DNA from: Actinomycetes bacterium
GTDB taxonomy: Bacteria > Actinomycetota > Thermoleophilia > BMS3ABIN01
DNA: 64,000 nt
Assembly: GCA_021790115.1 (NCBI GenBank)
Contig: JAJYIM010000001.1
Span: 23,543 to 87,542, forward strand
Reading direction: 5' to 3'
Part shown: positions 18,717-29,874 of the stretch, one piece after another
Layout: every line of letters begins with the position of its first letter
How positions within the stretch are numbered: the first letter of the stretch is position 1
Made by a program: the position numbers and the translations under genes
The notes under the pieces: model-generated
The model's input: the letters and a program-made list of their open reading frames with translations, nothing else
What the model was told of the DNA's origin: nothing
Databases searched by the model: none

Positions 18717-18974
18717 TCAGGCTCCATTAAATAAAGAGCACCCCAGGGAATGCCCTTGGACAGAAAAATCAATTTCATTTCAAAAAAACAGTTTTTTGGC
18801 AAGAAAAGAAGAGCTGGGAATTTGGCAGCATTTTTTCAAAAAAGAAGACACACCCCATAGCTTGATTCATTTTATGTTTCCTGCGCCGGCTCGCGCTAGC
18901 GTCACGCTTGATATAAAACTATGTTACGTGAAAAGCTACATTTAATTCAACTTTTTTAGAATGCGAGTCACTCC

Positions 18975-19025
18975 TGGTCTGGAATCTGTCTCAAAGGGTC
19001 GTTCGCAGCGAGGCTAGACGAAAGA
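18975..19025. repeat. TIR hairpin element (family 2), degenerate partial copy D
   Basis: CTGGAATCTGTCTCAAAGGGTCGTTCGCAGCGAGGC matches the internal core AAAAGGCTGTTCGCAGCGAGGCC of copies A-C. Confidence 0.4.
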
Positions 19026-19044
19026 GCCATGGACAAGGACGCAG

Positions 19045-19683
19045 TCAAGCGCCGCCCATCAGCTCGCGGCAGGCCGCCAGGGTGCTCTTGACGTCACCGG
19101 CAAAAGCGTCCACGCCCACCTCCCTGGCCAACTCCGGCGAGTGGGCGGCGCCACCGGAGACAACCTTGACCCTGCCGCGCAGGCCGGCCTCACCCAGGGC
19201 GGAAATGACATCCATCAGGGCCTGTTTTGTTGATGTGGTAAAAGCGGAAAGCAGCAGCAGGTCGGCGTTAACCTCCTTGACCTTGGCGACAAACTTTGCT
19301 GCAGAGACATTTACGCCCAGGTCATAAACCCTGTATCCGGCCGCCCTGAGTGCAGAGACAATGATATTTTTACCAATGTTGTGAACATCGCCCCTGACAG
19401 TTCCCATCACCACGACGCCGGCGTGATCGGGCCGCCGCTCGAACAGGTAAGGGTCCAGCACCTGCAGCGCCGCCTCCACTGCCGCGGCTGAGCGCAGCAT
19501 CTCCGGGATGAAATACTCGCCTGTCTCATACTTGGCGCCGACCTCTTCCATCGCTGATGACAAAGCGGCAAGAATCCGGCCGGCGGAATATGTATCCCGG
19601 GCCGCAACTTCGCCGGCAAGGCCGGCGGCCGCCTCAGCGTCGCCGGCTACCAGCGCCTGCTTAAATCTGTCCAGAAGTCCCAA
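19045..19683 (-). CDS. corrinoid (cobalamin-binding) protein, MtbC/MtaC-like
   Basis: N-terminal B12-binding_2 helical cap and a Rossmann B12 domain with the DxHxxG motif (GDVHNIGKNI) plus GVVVMGTV. 212 aa. Confidence 0.8.
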   Translation of the reverse strand: MGLLDRFKQALVAGDAEAAAGLAGEVAARDTYSAGRILAALSSAMEEVGAKYETGEYFIPEMLRSAAAVEAALQVLDPYLFERRPDHAGVVVMGTVRGDVHNIGKNIIVSALRAAGYRVYDLGVNVSAAKFVAKVKEVNADLLLLSAFTTSTKQALMDVISALGEAGLRGRVKVVSGGAAHSPELAREVGVDAFAGDVKSTLAACRELMGGA

Positions 19684-19685
19684 GC

Positions 19686-20696
19686 CTAATACTTTCCGTA
19701 CTTCCTGCCAAACTCGACCAGGGCGGCCACGTTTTCTGCCGGCGCGCTTGAGGGAATCGAGTCTCCCGTGCTTAAAATAAACCGCCCTCCTGCCTTAGCG
19801 GCCTTCATGGCAGTTTCCACCGCCCTCTCCACATCGGCGCGAGACCCTTTCTCCATAACCGAGACAGCATCAATATTCCCTTTGAGGACCACTTTGCCGC
19901 CGACTGCTTGCCGCGCCTGGACAAGATCTACGGGTGAATCAATCTCGAGCACGGCGGCGCCGGTGCGGGCCATTTCCGGCAGGATGGGCAAGCTGTTGCG
20001 GCAAATGTGAAGGATAACCGGGGCCATCTGCTTCAGTTCAGCAACCGCCTCCACTTCTGCCGGGAAGGCAAACTCACGGTAATGGTCCGGCGAAATCATG
20101 CTGGTGGAAGCAAAAGAATCCTTGATGACGATAGCGTCGGCGCCGGCCTGGGCCAAGGCTCTTCCGACCGCCAGCGTCGCCGGCAGGCAAGCCCTGATGA
20201 GGTCACGGGCCAACTGTGGATTCCGGTAAAAATCAGTGAAAAAATCAACCAGCCCGCGCACGGAGGCGGCGTACTCAAACGCCGAGCGCACCGATCCCAA
20301 AATAGCAATGCCGCTGCCCAACTGCCGAGCCAGCCTCCTGACCGGCTCCAGCTTGCCTTCCTGCCAGGGGTCCGGCACAGCAATTTTAGCCAGATCCCCG
20401 GCGTCCTCGATCAGCGTCTCAACCACCAGCGGCACCTGGTTCCCTTTAACCTCAACCCGGCAGCCAAGCAGATTGGGATGCCGCCCCAGGCCCATTTCGG
20501 CCACGGCGCCGTCATAGCCAAACGCCTTTTGCGCCGCCGCCAGCGCCTGGGCCAGGCAGCTATCATCCAACCAGCATTCGTCATTGCCGCGGCCAATAAC
20601 CTTGGGCGCAAAATAACCATCCAGGACCGGAACCACTGGAACCATGTCGGGCGTCTCGCCGGCGAGAACTGCGAAGAAACGCTCGCGGGAATTCAC
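19686..20696 (-). CDS. uroporphyrinogen decarboxylase (URO-D) family methyltransferase, MtaA/MtbA-like (methylcobamide:acceptor MT2)
   Basis: 336 aa. URO-D fold, with a layout like methylcobamide:CoM methyltransferases. Directly upstream of, and co-oriented with, the corrinoid protein (3-nt gap). Confidence 0.7.
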   Translation of the reverse strand: MNSRERFFAVLAGETPDMVPVVPVLDGYFAPKVIGRGNDECWLDDSCLAQALAAAQKAFGYDGAVAEMGLGRHPNLLGCRVEVKGNQVPLVVETLIEDAGDLAKIAVPDPWQEGKLEPVRRLARQLGSGIAILGSVRSAFEYAASVRGLVDFFTDFYRNPQLARDLIRACLPATLAVGRALAQAGADAIVIKDSFASTSMISPDHYREFAFPAEVEAVAELKQMAPVILHICRNSLPILPEMARTGAAVLEIDSPVDLVQARQAVGGKVVLKGNIDAVSVMEKGSRADVERAVETAMKAAKAGGRFILSTGDSIPSSAPAENVAALVEFGRKYGKY

Positions 20697-20715
20697 GGCG
20701 CCACTTCCATCATCA

Positions 20716-20985
20716 TCAAGCCCGGGCTGCTTCCAGCCGGGGAGCGTCTTTCCACAAAACTTCCAAACGGTAAAAATCGCGGGCTTCGGGGGAGAATATA
20801 TGAACTACCACGTTTAAATAATCCATCAAAATCCAGTCGCCGCCGGCCTCGCCTTCCACGCGCAAGGGAGAGCTTCCCGTTTTCTTTATCTGCCTGCGGA
20901 CCTCGTCAGCGATGGCTCTGGACTGACGGGGGTTGCGGCCGGTCAGGATAACAAAGAAATCGGTAAAGGAGCAAACCTCCTTCAT
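20716..20985 (-). CDS. rsfS: ribosome silencing factor RsfS (Iojap); conserved N-terminus continues upstream without a canonical start
   Basis: FTDFFVILTGRNPRQSRAIADEV...MDYLNVVVHIF is RsfS. In-frame upstream sequence (to ~21070) encodes LAKEIAAAAAEKKAAEIVILQ, the usual RsfS N-terminus, but no ATG/GTG/TTG precedes it. Confidence 0.7.
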   Translation of the reverse strand: MKEVCSFTDFFVILTGRNPRQSRAIADEVRRQIKKTGSSPLRVEGEAGGDWILMDYLNVVVHIFSPEARDFYRLEVLWKDAPRLEAARA

Positions 20986-21072
20986 CTGCAGGATGACAAT
21001 CTCCGCCGCTTTTTTTTCGGCGGCTGCCGCGGCAATTTCTTTGGCTAATTTCTCGCTTTTCGTAGCTTGCCC

Positions 21073-22158
21073 CTATTGCTGTTTCCGCAGGTCCTGCAAA
21101 CTGAGGTCACTTCCAATGATAACAATGATTTGCCGTTTTTGAAGTGAATCATCCTTGATGATGGTTCCCTTGCCCAGCAGGTCGTGTATCTGGTTGCTGG
21201 GCCCAAGCGCATCGCTGCCGTACCTGATCTGGGTATAGCCGAAGCCGACCCCGGACTGATCAGATTGCGGCACCATCGTAAAGCGAAGCGGCGCCAGCCG
21301 GGCGGCGAGTGCGTCCGCCAGCGACTGATCGGCAGCGCCCTTGCGGATCCCCAGGGTGAAGGTCGCGTTTACCGGTGAGCCGGACATGAGCGCCTGCAGC
21401 TCGTCGGGCTGGAGATCAAGGTACCATGACTGGCCGCTGCCCGCCCGGCGCACCGGCAGGGGCCAAACCCCAAACGGCTTGCCCGGCGTGGTCATCGCCA
21501 AAAACATGGCGGTAAAATCATCTGCGCTCATGTCGGTTTTTATGCGCCGGTATAACTCCCGGGCCAGGTTGCGGCGGTCCAGCCCGGGCTTGCCCATGAT
21601 GCCATCGCGCAAGCCGCGGTAGAACAGGGCCTGGATCTGCGGGCCGGCGCCGCCGTCATTCACTGAATCATTTAAATAAGCCATCGCCTCATGGGGGCCT
21701 TCCTGGTTGTCGCCTGCCGTGAGGTTAATGGAGCCGTCTTCGCTGCTTAAAGGGCGGTCTGCCTTAAAGTTGACGGTGCCCGCCTGCCCGGCCAGGAATT
21801 CGACCGCGCTTAAATCAAACTCCAGGTGATAGCGGATGGGCACCTTCAACAGGTTGGCCACGGTCTGATCCAGGAGCGGCTGGCCGCCCAGCTCGATAAC
21901 GGTCCCGAGTTGCTGAAACCCGTGGCCGGGCGTGTCGGCTAGAGTGCGGACAGGTAGCGTGTAAACACTGTAGCCGCCCTGGCCATCCGGAGATGCAAGC
22001 AAGATCTGGCTCAGCTTGCCGCTCGCGTCCCTGCCGGTCATGATTACGTTCTGGCTGCCGGCCTCAGCGGGAGGCGGCGCTTCAGCGGTGTTCCTCGATT
22101 TTACCAGCAGTAAAATGACGATGAATGCGGCTGCAGAAACCGCTATCCCTGCAAGCAA
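21073..22158 (-). CDS. LCP family (LytR-CpsA-Psr) cell-envelope phosphotransferase
   Basis: N-terminal TM helix (IAVSAAAFIVILLLV) and an extracellular LCP domain (...FDLSAVEFLAGQAGTVNF...). TTG start at 22158. The frame stays open upstream with an Arg-rich segment overlapping the nadD end. Confidence 0.7.
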   Translation of the reverse strand: MLAGIAVSAAAFIVILLLVKSRNTAEAPPPAEAGSQNVIMTGRDASGKLSQILLASPDGQGGYSVYTLPVRTLADTPGHGFQQLGTVIELGGQPLLDQTVANLLKVPIRYHLEFDLSAVEFLAGQAGTVNFKADRPLSSEDGSINLTAGDNQEGPHEAMAYLNDSVNDGGAGPQIQALFYRGLRDGIMGKPGLDRRNLARELYRRIKTDMSADDFTAMFLAMTTPGKPFGVWPLPVRRAGSGQSWYLDLQPDELQALMSGSPVNATFTLGIRKGAADQSLADALAARLAPLRFTMVPQSDQSGVGFGYTQIRYGSDALGPSNQIHDLLGKGTIIKDDSLQKRQIIVIIGSDLSLQDLRKQQ

Positions 22159-22297
22159 AATATAGAACGCCAGCCGCCGCTGCCTGACCCGGCGCCGTTC
22201 AGCCAGCCTCTCGCTGCGGTACCGCGACTGGCGAAAGACCGGGCCGCCGGGCGGGCCGCCGGCAAAACCGCGCGAACGGGAACGCCTGTGACGCAGG

Positions 22298-22897
22298 TTA
22301 TTCTTGACGGTATAGCCCTTCTTTGTTAATGTACTGCCGGATGCCCTCGGGCACGAGGTACCTGATCGACATTCGCTCTGAGACCCGCCGCCTGATCATC
22401 GTTGATGATACACCTATTCCTGGTATCTCCATGATCTTTACCCTGTTTTCTGTCAGGAACCGGCTCAAAGACCCTGATATCTTGTCCAGCGGGTAGCCGG
22501 GCCGGGTGGCTGCAATCAGCGTCGCCATCATCAGCAGGTCCTGCGGATCTTTCCACTCCAGTATCTCCAGCACGGCATCGGCCCCCGTAATGAAGTAAAG
22601 CTCGGCCTCCGGCATCTGCCGGCGGAAGTGGCGGACGGTATTCACAGTATAGCTGACCTGCTGTTTGTCAATCTCGTAACGGGAGACTTCAAAGCGGGGG
22701 TTGCCGCCGATGGCAAGGACGCACATCCGGTAGCGGTCTTCGGGGCCGGCGCCATTTTGGATCTCCTTGTGGGGCGGCAGGCCGGTTGGCATGAACAGGA
22801 CCCGGTCCAGCCCGTATTGGGAAACCGCCTCCTCGGCGCAGACCAAATGGCCGATATGAACCGGGTTGAAGGTGCCGCCCATGATGGCTAACTTCAT
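22298..22897 (-). CDS. nadD: nicotinate-nucleotide adenylyltransferase NadD
   Basis: MKLAIMGGTFNPVHIGHLV (HxGH motif). 199 aa. Confidence 0.9.
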   Translation of the reverse strand: MKLAIMGGTFNPVHIGHLVCAEEAVSQYGLDRVLFMPTGLPPHKEIQNGAGPEDRYRMCVLAIGGNPRFEVSRYEIDKQQVSYTVNTVRHFRRQMPEAELYFITGADAVLEILEWKDPQDLLMMATLIAATRPGYPLDKISGSLSRFLTENRVKIMEIPGIGVSSTMIRRRVSERMSIRYLVPEGIRQYINKEGLYRQE

Positions 22898-22996
22898 AAA
22901 ACCTCAGTTTCTTGTTTGTGGTTTCTGGTTTCTGGTTCACCCACAAAAAAATCAACTCGAAACTGGAAGCTCGAAACTCGAAACTAAGAGCCTGCT

Positions 22997-23067
22997 GGGA
23001 TAGATTCTTAGAATCTATCCCAAAAGGCTGTTCGCAGCAGAACAGGCGTGCTGAGATAGATTCTAAG
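22997..23067. repeat. TIR hairpin element (family 2), copy C
   Basis: GGGATAGATTCT|TAGAATCTATCCC is a perfect 12+12 palindrome, followed by AAAAGGCTGTTCGCAGCAGAACAGGCGTGCTGAGATAGATTCTAAG. Between nadD and proA. Confidence 0.65.
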
Positions 23068-24346
23068 TTCTAATCTGCCCATCCCCCGTAACCACATATT
23101 TTGTTGTTGTCAATTCGCGCAGACCAACGGGGCCGCGGGCGTGCAGCTTCTGTGTGCTGATGCCAATCTCGGCGCCCATGCCGAACTGCCCCCCGTCCGT
23201 GAACCGGGTCGACGCATTAATATAGACGCAGGCAGCATCAACCCTGTCCACGAAAGTGCGGGCCGCCACCAGGTCTTCGGTTACAATTGCCTCAGAATGC
23301 CCCGTGCCATAGGTGGCAATATGCCCAACAGCTTGATCCAGGCTGTCAACGATCCCCACCGCCATCGTTAAATCGAGGAACTCGGTGGCAAAATGCTCGT
23401 CCGTGGCCTTTTCCATCCCCTTGGCGGCCTCCCCCGCCAGGTGGCTGAACTCCGGGGTCACAAACAGCTTAACGCCACGGCTGGCCAGCTCCCGGGCAAT
23501 GAGAGGCGCAAACGCGGCAGCGATATCCTTATGGATGAGCAGCGTCTCGGCAGCGTTGCATACTCCGGGGCGCTGCACCTTGGAGTTAACGGCGATGGCG
23601 GCCGCCTTTTCCAGATCGGCGCTCGCATCAACATAGACGTGGCAGTTGCCGCCCGCCGCGTAGATCACCGGGATAGTGGAATTCTTGATCAGAAACTCTT
23701 TCAGCGCCTCGCCGCCACGGGGAATGACAAGATCGACGTACTCCTTCATCTGCAGCAGCTTCTTTAAGGGAGCGCGGTCCCGCGATTCAATCAAAAGCAC
23801 TGCATCGGGGGGAAAGCCGGCGTCGATCAGGGCGCCGCTGATCACTCCCGCCAGCATGCGGATGGAATGGAGCGAGGCGCTGCCTCCCCTTAAGATGACG
23901 GCATTGCCGGTCTTGATGCACAGCCCGGCGGCATCCGTGGTTACATTGGGCCTTGCCTCATAAATTACGGCGACAACGCCAAAAGGCGCCCGCACTTTCT
24001 TTAGCTCCAAGCCATTGGGAAGGCGCCTGCCCTCCACCACTTCCCCCACCGGATCAGGCAGCCCGGCCAGCTTGCGCAGTCCCGCCGCCATCTCCTTGAC
24101 CCGGTCCTCGTCCAGCATCAGCCGGTCCATCAGCGCTCCGCTCAAATGGGCGGCCTTGCCTTCCTTGACGTCGTCGTGGTTTTCCCTCAGGATTTCATTT
24201 TTGCGCCGCTCCAGCGCCGCGGCAATCTCCAGCAGGGCGCGGTTCTTCTGCTGGCCGGACATGCCGGCCAGCCGGCGGGAGGCCTGCTGCGCCCGTTTGC
24301 ACAAATCCGTGACTGGCGTCTTGTCTTCCCGTTTAACAGCTGGCAA
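23063..24346 (-). CDS. proA: gamma-glutamyl phosphate reductase ProA
   Basis: 427 aa. Aldehyde dehydrogenase-like ProA with conserved catalytic region. Follows proB with a 4-nt gap. Confidence 0.9.
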   Translation of the reverse strand: MPAVKREDKTPVTDLCKRAQQASRRLAGMSGQQKNRALLEIAAALERRKNEILRENHDDVKEGKAAHLSGALMDRLMLDEDRVKEMAAGLRKLAGLPDPVGEVVEGRRLPNGLELKKVRAPFGVVAVIYEARPNVTTDAAGLCIKTGNAVILRGGSASLHSIRMLAGVISGALIDAGFPPDAVLLIESRDRAPLKKLLQMKEYVDLVIPRGGEALKEFLIKNSTIPVIYAAGGNCHVYVDASADLEKAAAIAVNSKVQRPGVCNAAETLLIHKDIAAAFAPLIARELASRGVKLFVTPEFSHLAGEAAKGMEKATDEHFATEFLDLTMAVGIVDSLDQAVGHIATYGTGHSEAIVTEDLVAARTFVDRVDAACVYINASTRFTDGGQFGMGAEIGISTQKLHARGPVGLRELTTTKYVVTGDGQIRT

Positions 24347-24349
24347 TTT

Positions 24350-25454
24350 TTATCCTTCCATCAAAACGAAATAATCCCGGTGGATGACTTCTTCGCCGCC
24401 ATGTGGCATCAGTTGCACCACTTGACTGCTCTGCATGCCCTTGATCTGCTCAAGTTCCGCAGCGGAATAGGAGCTGAGGCCCTTGCCGATATGCGCCCGG
24501 TCCCCGGCGCGGAAAACTTCCACGGCTTCACCGGCGGCAAAGTTTCCCTCTACGCCGACAATTCCGGCCGCCAGCAGGCTCTTGCCCCGCTTCTGCAAAG
24601 CCGCCGCCGCGCCGGCGTCGACCAGGATGACGCCGCTGCTGGGCCGTCCATACTTTAACCATAGCTTAAAGCTGCTGATGGATGACTTGAGGGGACGAAA
24701 CCTGGTGCCAATTTTTTCACCGGCCGCCGCCGCTATAATCACACCGGGACGGAACCCGTTGGCGATGACGACCTCTATGCCCGCCGATGTCGCCATCTCA
24801 GCGGCCACGATCTTGCTTTTCATGCCGCCGGAGCCGATGCTGCTGGCGGCGGCGCCCGCCTGAATCTGGTCAAGCAGGGACCAGTCGCTAACTTCTTCAA
24901 CTAGCCTGGCATTGGGGTCCACGGCGGGGTTATCAGTATACAACCCTTCCGTATCAGTGAGCAACAACAGCAGGCCGGCCTTGACCAGGATGGCCACCTG
25001 CGCCGCCAGGAAATCGTTATCGCCATAGCGGATCTCTTCCGGGGAAGTGGTGTCGTTTTCATTAATGATGGGAACAATTCCCCACTCCAGCAGCTTCCTG
25101 AGCGTCCCGCGCGCGCTCAAATACTGGCTGCGGGCCTCGATGTCAAAAGAGGTGAGCAGAACCTGGGCCGTGGTGATGCCGGCGCCGGCAAACAGCTGCC
25201 GGTAGCGGTCATAGAGCCGCCCCTGGCCTATGGCCGACGTAGCCTGCAGCTCCACTGTTTCCGTGGGCCGCCGGCCCCCAGGCAGCAGGCCAACCCCGCA
25301 AGAAATCGCCCCCGAGGTGACAACCAGCACCCCGGCGCCGCCATTGACCAGCCTGGCTATCTCATCCACGCGGCGGGACATTTCCTCCGCGCGCAGGCAG
25401 CCCTGCTCGTCAGTGAGGGTATTGCTGCCAAATTTGACAACGAAGACTGTTGCC
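24350..25454 (-). CDS. proB: glutamate 5-kinase ProB (with PUA domain); inferred CTG start
   Basis: The track ORF begins at internal M (MSRRVDEIARLV). The in-frame upstream sequence encodes TVFVVKFGSNTLTDEQG, the conserved amino-acid kinase N-terminus. The only plausible start is CTG at ~25454, preceded by AAGGAA at -9. There is a TAA stop 5 codons further upstream. Confidence 0.8.
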
Positions 25455-25489
25455 AGCGCTACCGTTCCTTAGCCTTGCCGGCGCCGCGC

Positions 25490-26773
25490 CTAAGCCGGGG
25501 TCGCCGACGGAGTACGGTCATTGGTCTGAGCCCGCTGGATATCAGCCCCCAGCGCCTGGAGCTTTTTCTCGAAGTTCTCGTAGCCGCGGTCAATGTGGCC
25601 TATCCGCCTGACCTCGGTTGTGCCCGCCGCCGCCAGGCCGGCCAGAACCAGGGCGGCGCCGGCGCGCAGGTCCGGAGTCTCAACAATGGCTCCCTCGAGC
25701 CGGCAGCCTCCATGCACGACGGCATGATGGCCGCTGGTGCGGATGTCGGCGCCAAGCCTGTTTATCTCATCAACAAATACAAACCGGTTCTCAAAGACGT
25801 TCTCGGTAACAATGCTATGCCCTTGCGCCAGCGACAGCAGCACCATCACCGGCGCCTGCAGGTCGGTGGGAAAACCCGGATGCGGCAGAGTGGCAATGTC
25901 GGCGCTGTGATATTTTTCCCCTCCCCGGCAGCGCACCTTATGGTCAAATTCCTTGATGTCAACACCGATGGCGCGCAGCTTGCTGATGAATATCTCCAGG
26001 TGCAGGGGATTGAAATCTTCAATGACGATGTCCCCGCCGGTGACGGCGGCGGCAGTCATGAAGGTCCCGGCCTCAATGCGGTCGGGCATGACCGTATGGG
26101 CGGCTCCCGCGAGCCCGTCAACCCCGTCAATAACGATCGTGTCAGAGCCGGCGCCGCTGATGCAGGCCCCCATGGAGGTAAGGAATTTGGCCAGGTCGAT
26201 GATCTCCGGCTCGCGGGCGGCCGATTCAATCACCGTGCGGCCCTTGGCCGTTACCGCGGCCATCATCAGGTTTTCAGTCGCGCCCACGCTGGGATATTGA
26301 AGGCAGATGATATCTCCGGTGAGGCCTGCCGCCGCTACGTTGATAAAGCCGTGCTCCACGTTGATGCTTGCCCCCAGCTTTTCCAGCCCGCTTAAGTGGA
26401 AATCAATTTTGCGCGGGCCGATATTGCAGCCGCCGGGCATGGCCACCCGCGCCCGTCCCAGGCGCGCCAGCAGGGGGCCCATCACAATTATTGAGGCGCG
26501 CATCTTGCGCACCAGCTCATAGGGGGCGGTGTGAGAGAGCTCCGCGCCGGGGTCAATTTCAACCCGGCCGTCCTCAAATGCCACCCCAGCTCCCAGTTCC
26601 CTCAGCACTTCCGCCATCGTCAGGACATCCTGAATCCACGGCACGTTGTAAAGCACTGTTTTTTCCTGGGCGAGGAGTGAGGCGGCCATCAGTTTCAGGG
26701 CAGAGTTCTTGGCCCCCGATACACTGACGTTGCCCGCCAGCGGTATGCCGCCATTGATCAAAAAAGATTTCAT
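25490..26773 (-). CDS. murA: UDP-N-acetylglucosamine 1-carboxyvinyltransferase MurA
   Basis: MKSFLINGGIPLAGNVSVSGAKNSALKLMAASLLA... from the internal ATG at ~26772 (codon 23 of the track ORF). The enolpyruvyl transferase fold follows. Confidence 0.9.
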   Translation of the reverse strand: MKSFLINGGIPLAGNVSVSGAKNSALKLMAASLLAQEKTVLYNVPWIQDVLTMAEVLRELGAGVAFEDGRVEIDPGAELSHTAPYELVRKMRASIIVMGPLLARLGRARVAMPGGCNIGPRKIDFHLSGLEKLGASINVEHGFINVAAAGLTGDIICLQYPSVGATENLMMAAVTAKGRTVIESAAREPEIIDLAKFLTSMGACISGAGSDTIVIDGVDGLAGAAHTVMPDRIEAGTFMTAAAVTGGDIVIEDFNPLHLEIFISKLRAIGVDIKEFDHKVRCRGGEKYHSADIATLPHPGFPTDLQAPVMVLLSLAQGHSIVTENVFENRFVFVDEINRLGADIRTSGHHAVVHGGCRLEGAIVETPDLRAGAALVLAGLAAAGTTEVRRIGHIDRGYENFEKKLQALGADIQRAQTNDRTPSATPA

Positions 26774-26774
26774 A

Positions 26775-26888
26775 AAACAGATTCTGGATTCTTGATGCTG
26801 AATGCTAGATAAAATATAACCAAAGTTCAGGACATTCAACCCGAAAGGTGATATCTACCATCTACCATCCGCCATCCACCATCCGCTC
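26775..26888. repeat. heptamer-repeat intergenic element (family 1 variant) between atpC and murA
   Basis: Minus strand after the atpC stop: TAA-GAGCGGATGGTGGATGGCGGATGGTAGATGGTAGAT.... The plus strand carries CTGGATTCTTGATGCTGAATGCT at the other end. Confidence 0.5.
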
Positions 26889-27311
26889 TTATCGTCCGGC
26901 GACCTTGAGCCGGTTAAGCGCCCGCCGGCGGGACTGCTCGGCCCGGTGAACATCCACGCCCACGACCTCATGGGACTTCGCCAGCCAGCGCTCAGCCCGC
27001 TCAACAGCGGCCTGCGCCCGCACCGTGTCGATATCCACTGCCTTCTCAGCCGTATCCACAAGCAGCAGCAGGCGGTCAAACTGCATCTTTACATAGCCGT
27101 TGCCCGCAGCCAAATGTTCCCAATGACCGTCATCGAAGTGTTTGATGCGGGCCTCGCCGATCACCGTCTTGGACACAATCGGCGCATGCCTCGGCAGAAT
27201 GCCCAGCTCACCCATCTCACCCGGCACAACCACCATGGCGACCTCGCCGCTTACCAGCAGCCCTTCCGGCGTCACTATCTCGCATTTGAGCTTAACGCTA
27301 TTTTCTTCCAT
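26889..27311 (-). CDS. atpC: F0F1 ATP synthase subunit epsilon
   Basis: MEENSVKLKCEIVTPEGLLVSGEVAMVVVPGEMGELGILPRHAPI... ATG at 27311; the track ORF begins 4 codons earlier at TTG. Confidence 0.85.
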   Translation of the reverse strand: MEENSVKLKCEIVTPEGLLVSGEVAMVVVPGEMGELGILPRHAPIVSKTVIGEARIKHFDDGHWEHLAAGNGYVKMQFDRLLLLVDTAEKAVDIDTVRAQAAVERAERWLAKSHEVVGVDVHRAEQSRRRALNRLKVAGR

Positions 27312-27338
27312 GCCAGCCTGCAACTTTCCTTCCCGCCG

Positions 27339-28916
<1,578 letters not shown>

Positions 28917-29810
28917 TTACCCCAATGCTTCCGCCCCGGCAACGACTTCGAGAATGTCCTGCGTGATTGCCGCCTGGCGGGCCTTGTTCATCGCCAGGGT
29001 AAGTTTTTCAATCATTTCTTCCGCGTTTTCCGAGGCGTTGCGCATCGCGGTCATGCGGGCCCCGTGCTCGGAAGCGGTGGATTCCAAAAGAGCGCGGTAG
29101 ATAACATTATCGACGTAGCTGGGAAGCAGCCCCTGGAGAATGGCGCTGGCGCTGGGCTCGTAAATAAAGTCGCCCTCAAGCCGCCGTTCCTCCTCGGACA
29201 CTTCGGGCTCGGTGGTGACGACTTCCTCGCCCAGGGGCAGGATCACCTCTTCGGTCACCATCTGTTCCATAGGAGATTTGAAATGGTTGTAAACCAGGTA
29301 GACCCGGTCTACATCGCCGGAGACATATAGTCTAACAATCCGATGGGCAATGTCCTCGGCGTCGGTGAACTTGGGGCGGTCGGTGATGCCGGTAATCGCC
29401 TCTCTCACCTCGAAGCCGCGAAAGCGCATCGTGCCCACCCCTTTCCTGCCGATGGCGGCCCAGACCACGCCCTTGCCTTCCGCCCGCGCCTGATCATGAA
29501 GGCCCAGCGAGTGCCTGATGATGTTGGCGTTAAAAGCGCCGGCCAGGCCGCGGTCGCCGGTCAGCATGATAATGGCGACGGCCTTCTCTTCATCGTGAAC
29601 GTCAAGGAGGGGGTATTGCTCGCCGCCTTCAGTGTGCTTGGCAACTTCCTGCATCAGCTCCATCATCCGCTCAGCATACGGCCTGAGCGCCTCAATCCGC
29701 GCCTGGGCGCGCCTGAGCCGCGCCGCGGCGACCATCTCCATCGCCTTTGTCGTCTTGCGCGTATTTTTGACCGAATTGATTCGGCGTGCTATATCGCGAA
29801 ATGCTGCCAT
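28917..29810 (-). CDS. atpG: F0F1 ATP synthase subunit gamma
   Basis: MAAFRDIARRINSVKNTRKTTKAMEMVAAARLRRAQ... 297 aa. Confidence 0.9.
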   Translation of the reverse strand: MAAFRDIARRINSVKNTRKTTKAMEMVAAARLRRAQARIEALRPYAERMMELMQEVAKHTEGGEQYPLLDVHDEEKAVAIIMLTGDRGLAGAFNANIIRHSLGLHDQARAEGKGVVWAAIGRKGVGTMRFRGFEVREAITGITDRPKFTDAEDIAHRIVRLYVSGDVDRVYLVYNHFKSPMEQMVTEEVILPLGEEVVTTEPEVSEEERRLEGDFIYEPSASAILQGLLPSYVDNVIYRALLESTASEHGARMTAMRNASENAEEMIEKLTLAMNKARQAAITQDILEVVAGAEALG

Positions 29811-29874
29811 AAATCAGATGGTGGCTGCCAGCTGGTAGATGGTTGATTCCATAAGTCTGATTGCGGTCCTTTCT

